A stretch of 45,043 nucleotides of DNA from a virus: positions 1 through 45,043 of IMG/VR virus record IMGVR_UViG_3300028549_000749. One strand, 5' to 3'. The translations under genes were made by a program, and so were the position numbers. The notes under the pieces were generated by a model. The model was given only the letters and a program-made list of their open reading frames with translations, did not search any database and had not been told where the DNA came from. How positions within the stretch are numbered: the stretch's first letter is position 1; each line of letters begins with the position of its first letter. This document shows positions 1-9,854 of the stretch, in pieces.

Positions 1-165
1 ACCCGCCTTGCATCCAAACCAAGTCAAGGATTAGGAGCAGTAAAATGAGCGATACAGTAGCAAGCCTTGGAATAAAAGTCACAACAGAAGGAGTCACAAA
101 GGCTGATACCGAGCTAAAGAAATTAGCCACGGCCTCTGAAAAGTCTGAAAAAGCTATTGAAAAAA
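1..165. repeat. Terminal overlap, copy 1 (identical to 44879-45043)
   Basis: Read base by base: acccgccttgcatccaaacc...gctattgaaaaaa is identical at both window ends. Nt 1-48 are the 3' end of the frameshift-extended tail chaperone ORF. Confidence 0.95.
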
Positions 166-3100
166 TGATAGCTACCATTAAAAAACAGAACATGATCTTA
201 CAGTCAGGCAGGGCGGCTTATACAGATTTTGCCCTTGGAACGCTCGGAGCCTCAAAAGCTGAAAAACAACTTGCGCAAAACATAGAATCCAGCATTGCGG
301 CATACCGCAATAACATCAAAGCAACAAAAGACCTTGTTACAGAAGAGCGCAAGCGTCAATCATCAATAGATGGTTTGATTGCAAAAGCTAAAGATCAACT
401 TGCAGCAGTGTCTAAATCTAAAGACCAGATGATGGAATATAAGCTGGCATTATTGGGCGCCAGCGATGCCGAAAAGAAGGCGGTGTCACAAATAAATTCA
501 AGGATTGCCGCAATAAAAGCGTCAAAACAGGCAGAAGAGGAAGCTAATAGGATGGCTAAAGAATCCCAACTCGCAAAAGAAAGAATAATTTCTGCGGAAC
601 AAAAGAGACGGGATTCTATCAATTCAACCATAATGAAATTACGGGACGAAGCGGCCGCCGCCGGTAAGTCAGAAGTCCAGCTCCTTAAATATAAGCTGTC
701 ATTGCTCGGGGCCACGGAAGCGGAAAAGAAGGAAGCCCTGGCGTTACAGAAAACAGTCAACGAGTTCAAAAGGGCTAATTCTGCTGCGAACGTATATGGC
801 GATGCTATGTCAAGGATGAAAACGATAATCGGTAGCCTGGTTGGGGCTGTCGGGCTTGTCGAGATTATAAAAATTGCGGATAATTGGTCATTGGTAAGCA
901 GTCGGTTGAAACTCGTCACCAGTGGGACCGAGGAACTTGCACGAGCAGAAGGTAAGCTCTTTGAAATTGCTCAGAGTACCCGGCAAAGCTACGAACAGAC
1001 TGGAGATCTATATTCAAGGGTTGCAAGGTCAACCAAAGAATTAAACCTTTCTCAAGATCAATTGCTTGGGATTACCGACACAATAAACAAGTCCCTTATT
1101 ATTTCTGGATCGTCAACCCAGGCAGCAGAGGCGGCCATTATCCAATTGGGTCAGGGATTCGCATCCGGTGCGTTGAGGGGTCAGGAGTTAAACTCCGTGC
1201 TTGAACAGGCTCCAAGACTTGCAGAAGCCATAGCGCAAAGCATGGGCGTAGCTGTTGGTAGTCTTAAGGATATTGCCGCCACGGGTGGAATAACAAGTAA
1301 GGTCCTGGTAGATGCCCTATCAAAAACATCAGATTCGGGGCAAAAGATATCAGCAGAATTTAGCCAGATGAATACCACAGTAGGTCAAAGCGTTGTGCAA
1401 ATCAAAAACGCCTTTGCCAAGCTCGTAGGCGAATTTGATAATATGTCAGGGTCTACAAAACTTATAGCGTCTGGTTTTACGCTGATATCCGAACACATGC
1501 GAGACATTGCAGATGTTGCGGTTATTGCCGCCATAAGTTCAATCCCAATTATAATCATGAACATAAATAAGTCCGTCCAGGCCTTGACTGTAACCATGTC
1601 TTTGAACCCATGGGTTGCGGCTGCAACGGCAATACTTGCGGTGTCGTCATCGCTCGTGATGTTTGCAGATGAGGCAGATGCAGCTGCAAGCGGGAAAAGC
1701 CTTGGGGAACTTTCTTCTGATCTTCAAAATCTTGAAATATCCCTTGAAAACCTCCACCTGATCGATAAAGACCCCATCATGGGTGGCGCAGAGAATGACC
1801 GGCAAATAGCTGACACAGAAGCCGCCATAAGATCGCTCAAGAAAGAGATCCAAAGCTTGACCGGGGTTGCCACAGTGATAACCGACATAAACAGAGCGGC
1901 CCTTGACACAATCCATACTTTTGAAAAAAAGCAGGAGTTTGAGTTATTCAAAGGCATCGAAAAGAAATATGATAACGTCCTGAAAACAGAGGTTAAATAT
2001 CTTGAATCTTCTTTGGCTCAATATAAAGCATCTGAAAGCGCAAAGCCTGAAATAGTAAGGGCAATGGAAGAAGAGATAGCCGCAAAAAGAGAAGCCGCAA
2101 GAAACAAAGAAGCGGCCGCATATAAAAGATCTCACGCATCTGAAAATGCAGCTCGTAATAAGGCCATGCGGGAACAAGAGTCGGCAGAAAAGAAAGTAAT
2201 GGCAGAGAGAGAATCTGCCCTTAAAAAGATCCAGGCCATAGAAGATGCCAGACAAGGCCGGGTTGACAAAATCATAGAAAAGCTCAAGGAGGAGATTGCC
2301 ACTTACAAAGAAGGTGAAGAGGCAACGGTACTCTACCAGCTCACACAGGAAAAGGCAGACAGCACAGAAAAGGCATTGGCCGCATCCCTGGGCGCCACAA
2401 TAGACCAGCTCAAGGAAAAGACTAAGGCCCAGGATGAATACAATAAGGCCATGGAAAAGACAGCCCCTGATAAGATTGAACTTAACCGGGAAAAGGCCAT
2501 ACTTGCCGTAAATGAAGCCATGGCTAAGGGTGCAATCCAAAGCGCTGTTTATTCTGCAAGTATCAGCCAGGTGAACACATATTTTGACAAGATTGAAGAA
2601 ACAGCAGCAGATAAAAAACTCAACGACATTGGCAAAGAGCTGGACGAGCTGACATCGTTCGACGGATCTTCATTCGGAAACACAATCGCCGACGGCATAA
2701 ATAATGCCATGATATCGATGCAAAAGCTCGGAAAGACTTATGAAGATAATGAACAAATACAGCAAAAGATAATTGATCTTCAAAAAGAACTTGCGACAGG
2801 GGAGGGCAGTCCAGAACAAAGAAAGAAATCATTAGAGGACATTGATAAATACGAAAGCGCCATGATTAAAAACCAGATATCAAGCTATCGTGAGCTTTTC
2901 GGAACAACGTCCCAACTCTTTGAGGAGAACACCAAAGAGCGCAAGGCTATGCATAATCTGGAGATGGCTTTTGCAGCAGCAGAGATAGCTATTAATCTTC
3001 AAAAGGCAGTTGGAGAGGCAGTTACGGCCATAGCTCATCAAGCCTCAGGAGGAGACGTTTATTCAGCCTTTGCGAGAGTTGCAGCCATGGCTGTTACAAT

Positions 3101-6100
3101 GGGAGCTTTAATATCTCAAATAGGCGGGAGCATATCGGGAGGGAGCACAGACGCTGAAATAGTTAAGGCAACAAACGTTACCGGCTCGGTACTCGGGAAT
3201 AGCACGGCAGAAAGCGAATCCCTAAAGAACATTGAAGAGTTTTGGGAAGATATGCACCTGGAAGATTATGCCGAGCTTAAGGGTATCCATGATGAAATGA
3301 AAGACTTAAATTCCAATATCACTGGGTTGGTATCTACATTGTTCAGAGGTGGAGCAGGTGGATTTACCGCCGCCGATATGGGGATTAATACAGATTGGGT
3401 TATGGGCGATATCGAGGAGGGGTTCAGGGGTTTGCTTGAAAGTGCAACCACTGGATTCTTAACCTCTATTTTTGGATTTAAAGACGCGATATTCGGCGGG
3501 ATAGCTGATTGGGCAAACAACGCTCTTGGTAATATTGCCGGTAAAATATTCGGAGGAGGTTCTGAAACCTCTGTTCTGGCCCAAGGCATAACGACCACGG
3601 ATGCCGTAAAGATTGGGGAGCTTATCGGGGGGTCTTTGATTGATACTATCAAGTTCGCCGATATCAAGACCGAAACAGAAGGCGGCTGGTTTCACAGCGA
3701 TAAAACAGAACTTAGCACAAGGACCGAGGATCTTGGCGCAGAAGTTGACAACTTGTTTACTCAAATCTTTAAAAACCTTGGAAACACATTTGTCTCCATT
3801 GCCGAGATAGTTGGGCAGGATGTTCAGACTGTCCAAGACTTTGCCTTTTCAATCGGAAAAATCGACCTTAAAAACCTTGAGACTTCCGACGAGATTAACG
3901 AGGCCCTTAATGCTGCCCTGTCGTCAATAACAGATCAGGCTGCAACTGCGCTATTCGGTGAGCTGGTGGGGCAATACCAGACCGTTGGCGAAGGAATGCT
4001 TGAAACGGCTGTACGAGTAGCCTCTGAGAAAATTATAGTCATGGACACATTAGATAAACTTGGTAATGCCTTTAAAGATGCTGATATCCCATCAGAAGCT
4101 ATTGCATTCTCCCAAGGACTTTTAGACATTGCTGGTGGTCTTGAGACATTCTCGGAGTATGCAAGTAACTACTATGATTCATTTTTTTCTGATGAAGAAA
4201 AACAAGTAGATATCGGTGAACTACTCACAGAGTCACTTAAAGATTTTGAGATTGATTTACCAAATACAAGAGAGATGTACAGGGATGTTGTAGATGGTCT
4301 TGACTTAACAACAGAGTCAGGTAAGAAAGCATATATTTCTATGCTTAAAATGTCGGAGTCTGCTGATGAGTATTATGCCTATCTTGAGGATGCCAACGAG
4401 GATACCAGAGAGGCCATGGAGAAGTTGACTAATACTATTACTGATGGTGTTAATAATATCCTTATAGCTTCAAAGAGAATAACAGAACAAGAACTTTTCA
4501 AAACAACATTTGCTAATAAGTATGGTGTATCTCCTGGTGAGCAGCATAGCACAGAAGCTGTGTCTTTTATTTCTACAGCATCAACTGATACAATACAGGC
4601 ACTCGCAGATTCCTTTGGTGTCACAGTATCCGGGATGCTGCAAGACATCGCAGATGAGGCTAATATGGTTGCCTCAGAGATATCTATAGCAAAAGAGAAA
4701 GCAGAAACTATTGTAAATGGCATTAATAATATACTCATGGCCTCTAGTAAACTTACAAATGAAGACCTATTCAATACCAATTTTAAAGACAAATATGATG
4801 TAACGCCCAGCGCAAGCCACAGCGCCGAGGCGGTTGACTTTATATCCACAGCGTCGCCAGAAACCATCCAGGCTCTTGCCGATGGGTTTGGTGTTACAGT
4901 TTCAGAGATGTTACAAGATATAGCTGATGAAGCTACTATGGTTGCTAAAGTTGCAGAGAGTAAAAAATCCTTAGAAATTAGAATTATGGAGCTATCTGAT
5001 GATGCAGCAGGTGCGCTTATCGAGACACGTAAGCTTGAAATTGATAGTTTAGATGCGAGTCTTAAACCACTACAAGAAATAATTTGGAATCTTGAGGATG
5101 AGTCTAAGATAGTAGAAAAAGCTAAAGAGCTGCTAAACAATAAACTTTCACTTGAAAACCAACTATATACCTTACTTGGTGATGAGGTATCCCTAAATAA
5201 AGTAATAGCTCAACAGAGAGATATTACTTTAGCTGCTATGGACATTTCACTAAGAGATACACAGAAGAAAATATGGCTTATTGAGGAAGAAAATACAGCA
5301 AGGCAAAAAGCATCTGAACTTCTAAACAATAAATTAAACCTTGATAGCCAGCTTTACACTTTATTAGGTGATGAGATATCCCTAAATAAAGTAATAGCTC
5401 AACAGAGATCTCTTGAACTTTTGGCTATGGATCAAACATTAAGGGCTACACAAGAAAGAGTTTGGGCGCTTGAAGATGAAAAGGTAGCAACAGATGTGGC
5501 TAAGGATGCGCTTGAAAAATCTATTGAATCTCAAATATCAATGTACCAATCACTTGCCGATGCAGCCGAAGAATACCTAAACAAATCAAAAGATCTACTT
5601 GATCGCTCTTTTGATGCAGAGCAGACCAATTTAACCGCTAACCATGAGGCTATGGTAAACAAACTAACAGTCAGCATGGAAGAAGCAACAAAAACAACCG
5701 AAACGTTAGAATCAGCTTTTGAATCTATTAAGTCAGCTCGGGAATCCATGGAAACAGATTCAGCGGCATTGACGTTTGAGGCTGTAACAATTCAATTGAA
5801 AAATGCAATATCAGCAGCAAAAAGCGGAGACTTTTCACAAACAGAAACTGTTGTCCCTAATCTTGGAATATTGACTTCACAAACACAGTCTGATTATGCC
5901 AGCTCTGTTGATTATAAAAGAGATTCTATCAAAACTTATCTGGCAATTTCTCAACTTGAAGATTTGACCGGTAGCCAATTAACAGAGCAGCAACAAATAG
6001 TAAAGAATCTTGAAGACCAGATAACAATTGAAAATAAACATCATGAGATCATACTTGAAAACATGCAAGCTCAGTATGATTTGGTTGTTGGCGTAGACAA

Positions 6101-6623
6101 GTCGGTTATATCTTTTGAGCAGGCCGTTACAGAGTATCAAAAAGCTCAATATGCATCAGACGGCGCAAATACTTTGCTGCAAACGCAAACTGTTCAGCTC
6201 GAAGCACAGCTAAACAGCCTCTTAAATATAAATAATGGAGTGCTGTCAGTTGCCAATGCTGTCAACAATCTATCATCGGCACAGTGGGCGTTTAATTCCT
6301 CTTTATCAGGCATGTTATTGCCTGTTTCTGGATCTGTATCTCAAGACAGTGGATTGGGCTTTGCAGACGGAGGTATTCTATCCGGGCCTTCATCTGGATA
6401 TAGCGTAAACGCAACCTTCCACGGACCCGAGGCAATCGTACCACTTGACCAATTAAATACATCAAGTTTAATATCTGAAATTAGAAAGCTGCGTGAAGAG
6501 GTATCATCTTTGCGGGCAGAATCTGCCAGGGCAAACTTTCAGATAGCAAAAAACACACAAGAGACAACGAAGACTTTAAGAAAGTTTGATTATGATGGAA
6601 TGCCGGAGCAAAGGACAGCATGA
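45..6623 (+). CDS. Tail tape measure protein (2192 aa)
   Basis: Largest ORF, immediately downstream of the chaperone pair with an ATGA overlap across the junction. RBS aggag. Long Ala/Glu/Lys-rich coiled-coil segments, central hydrophobic segments, internal repeats, and a C-terminal GFADGGILSGPSSGY..FHGPEAIVPL motif typical of tape measures. Confidence 0.9.
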   Translation: MSDTVASLGIKVTTEGVTKADTELKKLATASEKSEKAIEKMIATIKKQNMILQSGRAAYTDFALGTLGASKAEKQLAQNIESSIAAYRNNIKATKDLVTEERKRQSSIDGLIAKAKDQLAAVSKSKDQMMEYKLALLGASDAEKKAVSQINSRIAAIKASKQAEEEANRMAKESQLAKERIISAEQKRRDSINSTIMKLRDEAAAAGKSEVQLLKYKLSLLGATEAEKKEALALQKTVNEFKRANSAANVYGDAMSRMKTIIGSLVGAVGLVEIIKIADNWSLVSSRLKLVTSGTEELARAEGKLFEIAQSTRQSYEQTGDLYSRVARSTKELNLSQDQLLGITDTINKSLIISGSSTQAAEAAIIQLGQGFASGALRGQELNSVLEQAPRLAEAIAQSMGVAVGSLKDIAATGGITSKVLVDALSKTSDSGQKISAEFSQMNTTVGQSVVQIKNAFAKLVGEFDNMSGSTKLIASGFTLISEHMRDIADVAVIAAISSIPIIIMNINKSVQALTVTMSLNPWVAAATAILAVSSSLVMFADEADAAASGKSLGELSSDLQNLEISLENLHLIDKDPIMGGAENDRQIADTEAAIRSLKKEIQSLTGVATVITDINRAALDTIHTFEKKQEFELFKGIEKKYDNVLKTEVKYLESSLAQYKASESAKPEIVRAMEEEIAAKREAARNKEAAAYKRSHASENAARNKAMREQESAEKKVMAERESALKKIQAIEDARQGRVDKIIEKLKEEIATYKEGEEATVLYQLTQEKADSTEKALAASLGATIDQLKEKTKAQDEYNKAMEKTAPDKIELNREKAILAVNEAMAKGAIQSAVYSASISQVNTYFDKIEETAADKKLNDIGKELDELTSFDGSSFGNTIADGINNAMISMQKLGKTYEDNEQIQQKIIDLQKELATGEGSPEQRKKSLEDIDKYESAMIKNQISSYRELFGTTSQLFEENTKERKAMHNLEMAFAAAEIAINLQKAVGEAVTAIAHQASGGDVYSAFARVAAMAVTMGALISQIGGSISGGSTDAEIVKATNVTGSVLGNSTAESESLKNIEEFWEDMHLEDYAELKGIHDEMKDLNSNITGLVSTLFRGGAGGFTAADMGINTDWVMGDIEEGFRGLLESATTGFLTSIFGFKDAIFGGIADWANNALGNIAGKIFGGGSETSVLAQGITTTDAVKIGELIGGSLIDTIKFADIKTETEGGWFHSDKTELSTRTEDLGAEVDNLFTQIFKNLGNTFVSIAEIVGQDVQTVQDFAFSIGKIDLKNLETSDEINEALNAALSSITDQAATALFGELVGQYQTVGEGMLETAVRVASEKIIVMDTLDKLGNAFKDADIPSEAIAFSQGLLDIAGGLETFSEYASNYYDSFFSDEEKQVDIGELLTESLKDFEIDLPNTREMYRDVVDGLDLTTESGKKAYISMLKMSESADEYYAYLEDANEDTREAMEKLTNTITDGVNNILIASKRITEQELFKTTFANKYGVSPGEQHSTEAVSFISTASTDTIQALADSFGVTVSGMLQDIADEANMVASEISIAKEKAETIVNGINNILMASSKLTNEDLFNTNFKDKYDVTPSASHSAEAVDFISTASPETIQALADGFGVTVSEMLQDIADEATMVAKVAESKKSLEIRIMELSDDAAGALIETRKLEIDSLDASLKPLQEIIWNLEDESKIVEKAKELLNNKLSLENQLYTLLGDEVSLNKVIAQQRDITLAAMDISLRDTQKKIWLIEEENTARQKASELLNNKLNLDSQLYTLLGDEISLNKVIAQQRSLELLAMDQTLRATQERVWALEDEKVATDVAKDALEKSIESQISMYQSLADAAEEYLNKSKDLLDRSFDAEQTNLTANHEAMVNKLTVSMEEATKTTETLESAFESIKSARESMETDSAALTFEAVTIQLKNAISAAKSGDFSQTETVVPNLGILTSQTQSDYASSVDYKRDSIKTYLAISQLEDLTGSQLTEQQQIVKNLEDQITIENKHHEIILENMQAQYDLVVGVDKSVISFEQAVTEYQKAQYASDGANTLLQTQTVQLEAQLNSLLNINNGVLSVANAVNNLSSAQWAFNSSLSGMLLPVSGSVSQDSGLGFADGGILSGPSSGYSVNATFHGPEAIVPLDQLNTSSLISEIRKLREEVSSLRAESARANFQIAKNTQETTKTLRKFDYDGMPEQRTA

Positions 6624-7531
6624 AACTAATAAAACCAGTCAAAATAACAGATAGCATACTTTCCGTTTCCAACGTTGCAGAAAACGATTATGCAATCTGG
6701 GGTAGCGGAACTACATATGCCGTGGGCCAAAAGGTAATAGTTGTGGCAACCCATAAGCAATATGAAGCCACAAAATCAAGCACAAACTTGTATCCACCAG
6801 ATAATATTGGAGGTGTAGAGCCAGCATGGATAGAGATAGGGACAACAAATAAATATAAAATGTTTAACGATTCGTATTATGATCAAACCACAAATTTAGG
6901 TAGCATATCGATAATTCTGGATATTGGTAGATGTGATGCTATTGGGATTATGAATGTTGAATCGTCAAGCATCAATGTAGAAATTATTATATCTGGAAAT
7001 ACAGAATATGATATTGACATACCCATGAATTTATCGTTTGCAAGCAACTGGTATGAATTTTTCTATTCTCCTATTGAAAGAAAAACCGATATTGTTTTGA
7101 CAGACATTCCGGTTTGCGGAGGAAAGCAAATAATAGTAACTATTTCTGGGAGCGTAGACCAGGTGGTTAAGTGCGGTTTATGTATCCCTGGAACTGTCGT
7201 AAAAATAGGCGATTCTTTATGGGGTGTTGAGTTTGGAACAGAAAATTTTTCAAAAAAAGAACAGGATGACTTTGGAGGCTATTCCCTCATTCCAAGGAAT
7301 TATTCAAAAACCTTAACCGATAGCATTGTCCTTCCAAATGAAAGAACAGGTTACATTCAAAAACTCATACAGCCATACTACACAACTCCAGCGTTGTGGG
7401 TGGCTGATGAACAATTTGAATCAACAGTTATTTATGGGTTTTACAGAGATTTTTCCGTAGTTTTAGACCATTTTTCAGGTAGCGGAATAGACGGGGCGCA
7501 ATGCTCCATAACAATAGAAGGATTAGTATAA
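6620..7531 (+). CDS. Tail tip / distal tail protein candidate (303 aa)
   Basis: ATGA overlap with the tape-measure stop. The call is based on position only. Confidence 0.5.
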   Translation: MKLIKPVKITDSILSVSNVAENDYAIWGSGTTYAVGQKVIVVATHKQYEATKSSTNLYPPDNIGGVEPAWIEIGTTNKYKMFNDSYYDQTTNLGSISIILDIGRCDAIGIMNVESSSINVEIIISGNTEYDIDIPMNLSFASNWYEFFYSPIERKTDIVLTDIPVCGGKQIIVTISGSVDQVVKCGLCIPGTVVKIGDSLWGVEFGTENFSKKEQDDFGGYSLIPRNYSKTLTDSIVLPNERTGYIQKLIQPYYTTPALWVADEQFESTVIYGFYRDFSVVLDHFSGSGIDGAQCSITIEGLV

Positions 7532-7532
7532 A

Positions 7533-8741
7533 ATGGCAATATCACCCTTACCACCAGCACCACAACACACAGATCCACCCCCCATCTTTGAATCAAAAGG
7601 TGATTTATGGGTGGCAGCTCTTGAAACTTGGACAAACCAGGCAAACGCGTTGCAGGTTGATGTTAATAACAAACAGACGGCAGCAGCAGCAAACCAGGTG
7701 GCCGCCGAACTTGCAGAAACAAATGCAGAAACTGCCAGGGATTTATCGATAGCTAACGCCACTGGCACAACAACAGATGGATCATCAAAACTTTGGGCTA
7801 CAAAAACAGGATCAGCAGTTGCAGCTTCGGAATTTTCTGCTAAAGAGTACGCCATTGGAACTGTTGCAACCGTAGGGAGTGCAAAGACTTGGGCTACAAA
7901 AACAGGCTCTGTTGTTGTAACTGGGGAGTATTCAGCAAAAGAGCATGCAGTCGGGACTGTAGCGACAACAGGTAGCGCAAAGGATTGGGCATCAAAAGCT
8001 GAAAATAGCGAAGTAACAACCGGAGAGTATTCAGCAAAACACTACTCTTTAAAAACCGCTATTTTGAAGTCAAGCGTTGAAGCTACAGCCGCAGCCGTCC
8101 AAAGTGCGGCTGGATTGCCAAGTTTAACAGGGAATGCTTTTAAATCTTTGTGCGTAAACAGTGCGGCGACGGGTGTAGAATGGAGTGGGGGAGTTACGCC
8201 TGGATGCGAATACATAACAGCATCAAAAACTTTTGTTGTCCCATCAGAGGTAAAACTTTTATTTGTTCAAGTTTGGGGGCCTGGCGGGGGAGGTGGTGCG
8301 GCACAGTCCTATTATCCCCCTGGGGGAGGTGGGGGATATTCTGAAAAATATATTGCAGTAACACCGGGGCAATCAATAGTCGCAACCGTTGGTGTTGGTG
8401 GATTGGGTGCGACATACGTTTATCCAAACACAACTAATGGTGTAACAGGAACAACTACTTCTTTCGGATCTTATCTTTCAGCCACAGGAGGAGAAGGAGG
8501 GGGTATATCCGGGGAGACAGCTCTTGGGCGTGGTGGTACAGGTGTTGGGGGATCTATGAATGTTAAAGGAGGCCAGGGCCTGAATGGTGTAATAGGTGGA
8601 ACTTTTATGATGCATGCCAATATTGAGACCTCCTACGCAATTCCAGCAAAAAGCAGCATGGGCTTAGGTGGTTGGCCTGGGGCAAGTGCAAACGGGAGAC
8701 AAGGTGGCGATGGAATGATCATAGTGAGGTGGTATAAATAA
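7533..8741 (+). CDS. Tail fibre protein with SAK-type fibre repeats and a C-terminal glycine-rich domain
   Basis: Repeats (SAKEYAIGTVATVGSAKTWATKTG / SAKEHAVGTVATTGSAKDWASK / YSAKHYSLK) resemble phage tail-fibre repeats. The C-terminus carries GPGGGGG..PPGGGGGYSEKY..VGVGGLG, as in glycine-rich fibre tip domains. Confidence 0.75.
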   Translation: MAISPLPPAPQHTDPPPIFESKGDLWVAALETWTNQANALQVDVNNKQTAAAANQVAAELAETNAETARDLSIANATGTTTDGSSKLWATKTGSAVAASEFSAKEYAIGTVATVGSAKTWATKTGSVVVTGEYSAKEHAVGTVATTGSAKDWASKAENSEVTTGEYSAKHYSLKTAILKSSVEATAAAVQSAAGLPSLTGNAFKSLCVNSAATGVEWSGGVTPGCEYITASKTFVVPSEVKLLFVQVWGPGGGGGAAQSYYPPGGGGGYSEKYIAVTPGQSIVATVGVGGLGATYVYPNTTNGVTGTTTSFGSYLSATGGEGGGISGETALGRGGTGVGGSMNVKGGQGLNGVIGGTFMMHANIETSYAIPAKSSMGLGGWPGASANGRQGGDGMIIVRWYK

Positions 8742-9223
8742 TGAAAGCATTAATCTTTGAAAATAAAGTAATCCAAATAGAGACCGATACCTTTGATGTT
8801 GCCGAGCCGCTTATATGGGTAGATTGCACAGATGACTGCAAGACAGGTTGGATTGTTAAAAATGGTGAGCTTACACCGTATATCAAGCCCACGCCAACCA
8901 TCTACGAGCGAAAGGCCGAGCTTGCCAAGATCCGCTATGAACACGAGATCGGAGGAACAACAGTCGCCGGGATAACAATCACAACGGACCGAGAGGACCA
9001 GGCCATGCTTAACAGTGCTTATACCGCCGTGCAGCTTGACCCTGCAAAGGTCATTGACTACAAAACCACAAACGGTTGGATCCAGGTTGACGCAGCAACG
9101 ATAACGACCATGGCACGGGCTGTTATTAATCATGTTCAGGCTTGTTTCAGTCGAGAGCGTGAGCTTTCAGAGATGCTTGATGTTGATATTGATACTGATC
9201 TCAGCGTGGGATGGCCGCAATGA
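8741..9223 (+). CDS. DUF4376-like tail-fibre-associated protein
   Basis: TAATG overlap with the fibre gene. The pattern KAELAKIRYEHEIGGTTVAGITITTDREDQAMLNSAY...INHVQACFSRE resembles DUF4376 proteins found downstream of fibres. Confidence 0.5.
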   Translation: MKALIFENKVIQIETDTFDVAEPLIWVDCTDDCKTGWIVKNGELTPYIKPTPTIYERKAELAKIRYEHEIGGTTVAGITITTDREDQAMLNSAYTAVQLDPAKVIDYKTTNGWIQVDAATITTMARAVINHVQACFSRERELSEMLDVDIDTDLSVGWPQ

Positions 9224-9696
9224 TATTGGAGCAAGTTTACAAAGACCTGGTTGTTGACGAGGGAATCAGGCTTGTCCCGTATTATTGCACTGCTGGCAAG
9301 TTGACCGTGGGGGCTGGACACAACTTAACCGACAGGGGGTTAACGCCTGCCGAGCGGGAACACTTGAATTATAAGGGCAAAGGATATAAAGACCTCACGA
9401 TCTCAACAGAGGGAGCGTATTATCTCCTTGATAACGATGTCAAGATTAATGTTTACGAGCTTAAAATAATATTTTCCGACCTCAAAGAGTTCCCGGACGA
9501 GGTTCAGCACGTCCTGATAAATATGTACCACCAGCTTGGGTACAGCTCATTCCGGGGTTTCTATCGCTTCATTGATGCCATAAAAAACAGGCACTGGAAG
9601 ATCGCAGCCATGGAACTTAGGGATTCAAAACTTTGGAGAAAGGACAGCCCGAAACGAGCCGAGCGTCTGGCCAAGAGATTGGAGAAAGTTAAATGA
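9220..9696 (+). CDS. Endolysin, T4-type lysozyme (GH24)
   Basis: N-terminus VVDEGIRLVPYYCTAGKLTVGAGHNL aligns with T4 lysozyme [25 protein letters not shown] and carries the E-x8-C-x5-T catalytic triad. ATGA overlap with the upstream stop. An alternative ATG lies at 9211. Confidence 0.85.
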   Translation: MILEQVYKDLVVDEGIRLVPYYCTAGKLTVGAGHNLTDRGLTPAEREHLNYKGKGYKDLTISTEGAYYLLDNDVKINVYELKIIFSDLKEFPDEVQHVLINMYHQLGYSSFRGFYRFIDAIKNRHWKIAAMELRDSKLWRKDSPKRAERLAKRLEKVK

Positions 9697-9854
9697 CATG
9701 GTTTGCCGACGATAAGAACCTGGTGATTATTGCCGTGGTCATCCTGGGGGTGTCGATCATTTTCTCAGGTCCAATGGAGCAAGAAAAGGCAACTATAATC
9801 AATAGCCTTTTCTCCGGCCTGTTCGGCATTGCAGTGGGGAGGGCCACGAAATAA
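9693..9854 (+). CDS. Holin candidate (53 aa, two hydrophobic helices, charged C-terminus)
   Basis: Not in the ORF track (<60 aa). ATGA overlap with the endolysin stop and TAATG overlap with the next gene. Sequence: MTWFADDKNLVIIAVVILGVSIIFSGPMEQEKATIINSLFSGLFGIAVGRATK. Confidence 0.6.
   Translation: MTWFADDKNLVIIAVVILGVSIIFSGPMEQEKATIINSLFSGLFGIAVGRATK

Noticed and set aside
4440-5480. Tandem repeats in the tape-measure gene and the CTTAC tract at 27272-27302, considered as CRISPR-like or mini-array repeats
   Set aside because: The repeats are in-frame coding duplications or 5-nt microrepeats. There are no 25-40 nt direct repeats separated by unique spacers anywhere in the window.
395-5749. 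Numerous minus-strand ORFs (60-253 aa) inside the tape-measure gene, e.g. 395-919, 1944-2540 and 4379-5140
   Set aside because: They lie wholly antisense to a long, well-supported coding frame. Their products are low-complexity (Ser/Ala/Leu-rich) mirror translations of the Ala/Glu/Lys-rich tape measure, and none has an SD sequence.
8150-8433. Alternative-frame and antisense ORFs within the glycine-rich part of the fibre gene
   Set aside because: GGN-rich DNA is open in several frames, and the main frame gives a recognisable glycine-rich fibre domain.
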